Below are positions 39,304-43,462 of a DNA stretch of 43,462 bases, piece after piece. The notes under the pieces are model-generated. The model did no database searches. It saw nothing but the letters and a program-made list of their open reading frames with translations, and was not told the origin of the DNA. A program made the translations under genes and the position numbers. How positions within the stretch are numbered: the first letter of the stretch is position 1; each line of letters starts with the position of its first letter. The stretch is from an uncultured bacterium (GTDB lineage: Bacteria; DAOPZR01): positions 1-43,462 of the forward strand of contig CAZWUZ010000003.1 of assembly GCA_964637655.1 (NCBI GenBank). Reading direction: 5' to 3'.

Positions 39304-41019
39304 CTACCGCTTCGCCTTTGCGGCGGGCGGGGGGAGCGCCGCCGCGCGCTTGTGGCGCGTCAGGTACTTCTGCTGCACCACCCCGACGACGTTGGAGAGC
39401 GACCAGTAGAGCATCAGGCCGGACGGAAAACTGTAGAGCATGAAGAGGAGCATGACCGGCATGAAGAGCATGATCTTCTCCTGCTGCGGGTTGAGCCCCG
39501 TCATGCTCAGCTTCTGCTGCACGAACATCGTCGCCGCCATGACGAACGGCAGGAGATTGAGCGCAAAACCGCCGATGACGACGACCGTGTCGGGCTGCGA
39601 CAGGTCGGTGATCCACCCGAAGAACGGCGCCTGGCGCAGTTCGATCGAGTACTGCAGCATCTGGAACAGCGCGATGAAGATCGGCAGCTGCAGCAGCACG
39701 GGGAGGCACCCGCCCAGCGGGTTGATCTTCTCCTGCTGGTACAGTTTCATGATCTCCTGCTGCTGCTTCTCCGGGTTGTTCGGGTACTTCGCGCGGAGTT
39801 CCTGCATCTTCGGCTGCAGCGCCTGCATCTGCTGCATCGACTGGTACGACTTGTAGGTGAGCGGGTACATGACGATGCGCACGAGCAGCGTGAGCAGGAT
39901 GATGGCGATGCCGAAGTTGGGGATGACCGCGTAGCAGAGTTTCATGATCCACAGCATGAGGTGGCCCAGCGCGCTGAACCAGCCGAACTGCATGGTCTCC
40001 TCGAGCTGCGGGGCGACCGCGGCCAGCATATCGTGGTCCTTGGGCCCGGCATAGAGCTGCGCGGTGAAGACCTGCTCCGCGTGCGGGTCGAGGCGCAGTT
40101 CGGGGAAGACGAACTCGGCCGTCAGGTCGTGACCGCGTTCTATGACGCGCACCCCGCCCGCGACAGAGTCCGGCACCAGCGCGACGACGAAGTAGCGGTC
40201 GGCCAGCGCCATCCAGCTGATGCCGTCGGCGCCCTCAGTCACCGTCTCGACATTGTCCGGCGTGCGACTGCACGACATGAACCCGCCGGTGGCACCGGCA
40301 CCGCCGATGGTCTCGACGCTGCCGTTGCGCCGCCAGGCGGCGGACGGGCGGTTGAGCCCGCTCGGATCGGGAATACTGTCGCCGAAGTGCGGTCCCCAGC
40401 GGACGCTGAAAGCGCCGCGCACCGCGGTGTTCCCCTCCTCCGTGTAGCGGACCGCCGCGAGGTCGAGCGGTTCACCCGAAAGGTTATGCAGGCGCCAGGT
40501 GACGCGGTAGCGATAGGGACCGTCCGGGACGAGTTCCGTGGCGACGGTCAGCGGCAGCCCGGGCACCGACGTCAGCGCCATCACCGCCGTATCGGCCGCC
40601 GTATCGGTATGCGCGGCCGCTGCCGGACCCCCGAACCATGCCTGCAGCGCGACACTGCGCGCGGCATCAGGCACGAGGTTGAGCGTGTCGGCATTGCGCC
40701 CGTCGCGGAACTGCAGCAGGTGCAGCGCGGTAATGGTACCGCCGTTGCGGTTCTCCCACTGCAGCACCGTCTCGGGGGTGCGCAGCCGGCGCGTCACCGG
40801 GGCGGCGGGCGGCAGTGCGGCGCTGTCCGCGGCCGCCGCCGGCAGCGCCGCCGCCACCGGGGCGGTATCCGCCGCCACCGCCACCGGGGCGCTGTCGTGC
40901 GTCGCCGGCACGGACGCCGCCCGTTCCGCCTCTTCGAGCTGCGGTTTGACGAAGAAATAGTTGTAGGCGAAGACGACCGCCAGCGTCACCAGCATCGTCT
41001 TCAGCAGTTGTTTATCCAT
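39304..41019 (-). CDS. yidC: membrane protein insertase YidC (long, with periplasmic domain)
   Basis: N-terminal TM, large soluble domain, YAGPK, NFGIAIILLT, LQPKM, INPLGGCLP, WITDLSQPD, PSGLMLYW. Confidence 0.95.
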   Translation of the reverse strand: MDKQLLKTMLVTLAVVFAYNYFFVKPQLEEAERAASVPATHDSAPVAVAADTAPVAAALPAAAADSAALPPAAPVTRRLRTPETVLQWENRNGGTITALHLLQFRDGRNADTLNLVPDAARSVALQAWFGGPAAAAHTDTAADTAVMALTSVPGLPLTVATELVPDGPYRYRVTWRLHNLSGEPLDLAAVRYTEEGNTAVRGAFSVRWGPHFGDSIPDPSGLNRPSAAWRRNGSVETIGGAGATGGFMSCSRTPDNVETVTEGADGISWMALADRYFVVALVPDSVAGGVRVIERGHDLTAEFVFPELRLDPHAEQVFTAQLYAGPKDHDMLAAVAPQLEETMQFGWFSALGHLMLWIMKLCYAVIPNFGIAIILLTLLVRIVMYPLTYKSYQSMQQMQALQPKMQELRAKYPNNPEKQQQEIMKLYQQEKINPLGGCLPVLLQLPIFIALFQMLQYSIELRQAPFFGWITDLSQPDTVVVIGGFALNLLPFVMAATMFVQQKLSMTGLNPQQEKIMLFMPVMLLFMLYSFPSGLMLYWSLSNVVGVVQQKYLTRHKRAAALPPPAAKAKR

Positions 41020-41028
41020 GCCCTCTTC

Positions 41029-41295
41029 TCAGTCCTCCGGTGCCGCCGCGGCGCGGCCGGCACGACGCCATCCGGGCCATTGTTCCGGCACGGGATCACA
41101 GCCCCCGGGATGCCACGGGTGGCAGCGCAACACACGGGCCGCGGCCAGCCAGCCGCCGCGCCACGTCCCGAACCGCCCGATGGCGCCATAGGCATAGCGC
41201 GAGCAGGTCGGGTAGAAGCGGCACGCCTCGGGGAGCAGCGGCGACAGCAGGCGCTGGTAGGCGCGGATGCCGAGCAGCAGCGCGCTACGCAGCAT
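41029..41295 (-). CDS. yidD: membrane protein insertion efficiency factor
   Basis: [35 protein letters not shown]. Confidence 0.93.
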   Translation of the reverse strand: MLRSALLLGIRAYQRLLSPLLPEACRFYPTCSRYAYGAIGRFGTWRGGWLAAARVLRCHPWHPGGCDPVPEQWPGWRRAGRAAAAPED

Positions 41296-41653
41296 CGCCG
41301 CGCCAGACCCCCGCGCGCCGCAGCAGCGTCTGCCACTCCTCCGCCCACGCGGTATAATCGCCCGTGCTGCGCGCGGCACGCGGCAGCGCCACCAGGTCAT
41401 ACCCGGGCTGCAGCGACGGGCGCGACAGCCGGAACAGCTCGCGCAGCAGCCGCCGCGTGCGGTTGCGGTGCACGGGCAGCGGGCAGCGCTTGCGCGGCAG
41501 GATGATGCCGCAGCGCGTCAGCGGCGCACCGGTGGCGCGCACACCAAGCACCAGCCGCGTGCCGTGCAGGAAACGCCCGTCGCGGAAGACGCGGTCGTAC
41601 GACGCGCGGTCCGCGAGGCGCGCCGCGCGCGGCAGGCGGCGGCGCCCCGTCAC
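41285..41653 (-). CDS. rnpA: ribonuclease P protein component
   Basis: RL....YDRVF, RNR motif [16 protein letters not shown]; located between rpmH and yidD. Confidence 0.88.
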   Translation of the reverse strand: MTGRRRLPRAARLADRASYDRVFRDGRFLHGTRLVLGVRATGAPLTRCGIILPRKRCPLPVHRNRTRRLLRELFRLSRPSLQPGYDLVALPRAARSTGDYTAWAEEWQTLLRRAGVWRGDAA

Positions 41654-41796
41654 TTCGCGGAGCTGACCGTCAGGCGCTTGCGCCCCTTGGCCCGGCGCCG
41701 CGACAGCACCTTCTGCCCGTTGGCCGTGGACATCCGTTCGCGAAAGCCGTGGGTCTTCGCCCGGCGCCGCTTGTTGGGTCGAAACGTCGGTTGCAT
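41650..41796 (-). CDS. rpmH: 50S ribosomal protein L34 (not in the ORF track)
   Basis: Manual translation gives [57 protein letters not shown]. Confidence 0.97.
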   Translation of the reverse strand: MQPTFRPNKRRRAKTHGFRERMSTANGQKVLSRRRAKGRKRLTVSSAK

Positions 41797-41812
41797 CGTT
41801 CTGCTCCTTCGT

Positions 41813-42121
41813 CTACAGCGGGAGGCCGAGGCCCCCCGTCAGTTTCGCCATCGCCGCTTCGGACGTGGCTGACATCTTTTCCATCGCCTGGTTGACCGCG
41901 CTGATCACCGTGTCGGCGAGCAGTTCGCTGTCCGCTTCCTGCAGCGCCTCCGGCTTGATGACCAGAGCCGTCACCCGGTACTTGCCGTTGACTTTCGCGG
42001 TCACCATGCCGCCGCCCGCCGACGCCTCGCATTCCTGCTGTTCGAGCGCCGCCTGTGCCTCGAAGATCTTCTTCTGCATCTGTTTCGCCTTCTGCAGCGC
42101 CTGCTTGTTGAAGAAATTCAT
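41813..42121 (-). CDS. ybaB: YbaB/EbfC nucleoid-associated protein
   Basis: [40 protein letters not shown]. Confidence 0.88.
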   Translation of the reverse strand: MNFFNKQALQKAKQMQKKIFEAQAALEQQECEASAGGGMVTAKVNGKYRVTALVIKPEALQEADSELLADTVISAVNQAMEKMSATSEAAMAKLTGGLGLPL

Positions 42122-43462
42122 CGTCCGTTCTCCTCCGGCGGGGCGGGATTGAGCTCGTCCGCCTGCGGTTCCAGCTGCAGCTGCGCGTAGTAGCGGGCGC
42201 GGGTCGCGCTGTCCGGTTCTTCGCGGTCGAGCGTCTCGCCCACGGCCTGCAGGATTTTCTCCTCGACCACCGCGATGCTGTCGATCACCAGCCGCCCGAT
42301 CTCGTCGCTGCGCACCTTGCCCAGCGCCTTGACCGCGTTGAAGCGCACGCGGCTGTCCTCATCGTAGAGCATCTCGACGAGCAGCCCGGCCGCGGAGACG
42401 TCGCCGATCTCGCCGAGCACGAATACCGCGGCGGCGCGCTCCCAGCGGTCGCCGCCATAGAGCATGCGCTTGAGCACCTTGAGCACGTCCTCGCGACAGA
42501 CCGGGTAGAGGGCGAGCGCGGCATTGGCGCGCACGCGGTGGTTGCGGTCGGTGAGCAGCCCGAACAGCGCCTGCTTGAGCTGGTGCTCGTTGACCCGCTT
42601 GCCGAGCTGAAAGGCGAGCGCCTCGACCGCGTTGGCACGCACGCGGTCGTCACGATCCTCGAGCAGGCGGATCAGCACCTCGATTTCGCCCGCCTCCGCG
42701 CACATGCCCAGGCCCGCCACCGCGGTGGCGCGCACCTTCTCGTCCGTATCAGCGGTGCGCTCGAGGAACAGTTCGCGCGCGCTGATCCCGCGCAGCTTGC
42801 GCAGCGCCTCCACGGCGTTGAACCTGACCCACGGGTGCGGGTCGGCGGCGAGCGCGGCGAGCACCGGGTAGGCCTCGGGCGCCCCGATCTTGCCCAGCGC
42901 GAGCGCCACGTTGACCCGCACCAGCCACTCGCCGTCGTCGGCGAAGCGGCGCACGGCAGGCAGGGCGCGATCGGTGCCGATCTCCCCCAGCGCGTGGATG
43001 AGCGCGATGCGCACCGAGTTCTTCTCCGTCGCCAGCATCTCGACGAACAGCCCCGCCGCCTGCTGCGCGCGCACGCGGGCGAGCAGGTCGATGAGGTTGA
43101 GCCGCAGCGTGCGGTTGGTGCTGATAAAGGCGTGCGCCGCGCCGTAAGTGTTGAGCAGTGTCACCAGCTGGTAGCGCATCCACGGCTGCGGCAACGCGCA
43201 GGCCTGGCGCACCGCGGTGATCGCCGCCTCCTTCGCCGGGTAGGGCGACTGCGCGATGATGGCGGCGAGGCGGTCGGTGACGATGCTGTTCGGGGTCTTG
43301 ATCAGGCGGCGCAGCAGCTGCCCCACCCCGGGATGCTGCAGCGCGCCGAGCAGCGCGTCGAGCGTGCGCGCGAGGTCCTCGACCTGGCGCACCGCGTCGC
43401 CGCCGGCCGGCGGCACGGGGAGCGGGGCGACGGGCGCCGCCGCGCTGTCGCGCTTGTTCGCT
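42118..43462 (-). CDS. HEAT/PBS-lyase repeat protein, 5' end outside the window
   Basis: About 8 repeats of L.D....VR.NA..ALG. The frame is open to the window edge (ANKRDSAAAPV...). Confidence 0.85.
   Translation of the reverse strand, partial: ANKRDSAAAPVAPLPVPPAGGDAVRQVEDLARTLDALLGALQHPGVGQLLRRLIKTPNSIVTDRLAAIIAQSPYPAKEAAITAVRQACALPQPWMRYQLVTLLNTYGAAHAFISTNRTLRLNLIDLLARVRAQQAAGLFVEMLATEKNSVRIALIHALGEIGTDRALPAVRRFADDGEWLVRVNVALALGKIGAPEAYPVLAALAADPHPWVRFNAVEALRKLRGISARELFLERTADTDEKVRATAVAGLGMCAEAGEIEVLIRLLEDRDDRVRANAVEALAFQLGKRVNEHQLKQALFGLLTDRNHRVRANAALALYPVCREDVLKVLKRMLYGGDRWERAAAVFVLGEIGDVSAAGLLVEMLYDEDSRVRFNAVKALGKVRSDEIGRLVIDSIAVVEEKILQAVGETLDREEPDSATRARYYAQLQLEPQADELNPAPPEENGR

Noticed and set aside
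41797..41812. oriC next to rpmH
   Set aside because: Only 16 bp of intergenic sequence, with no DnaA boxes or AT-rich unwinding element.

Overview
This is a GC-rich bacterial chromosomal segment from a draft or metagenome-type scaffold, with one 100-N gap at 7168-7267. It is densely coding (about 36 CDS) and mostly housekeeping. The left part holds an adenosine deaminase plus an RCK-gated K+ channel; a minus-strand U32 hydroxylase/CapA/response regulator/GH-A lipoprotein cluster; mtgA; a B-box-YbjQ fusion; a GH161-like glucan phosphorylase; aconitase; suhB; a Zn-dehydrogenase; a methyltransferase; a GT-C; and an Hsp20 behind a sigma54-type promoter. A roughly 13.4 kb minus-strand run follows: transketolase-like, DEDDh exonuclease, lysS, lolC/E, lolD, ilvE, mcsA, mcsB, clpC, murT, gatD. 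After pgi comes a second minus-strand run: HEAT protein, ybaB, rpmH, rnpA, yidD, yidC, mnmE, DegT aminotransferase, GT2. I found no rRNA, tRNA, CRISPR array, transposase, integrase or recognisable defence system. The most unusual signals are three tandem repeats. Two of them (58 bp and 98 bp units) amplify Shine-Dalgarno + GTG start modules with hairpins and encode chains of 34-aa mini-ORFs; the third encodes a 23-aa basic repeat tail on the U32 protein. Also notable are substitutions at functional residues in MnmE, the ClpC N-domain and the transketolase, and MurT/GatD occurring alongside Lol genes. All family calls come from motif recognition by eye, not database searches.
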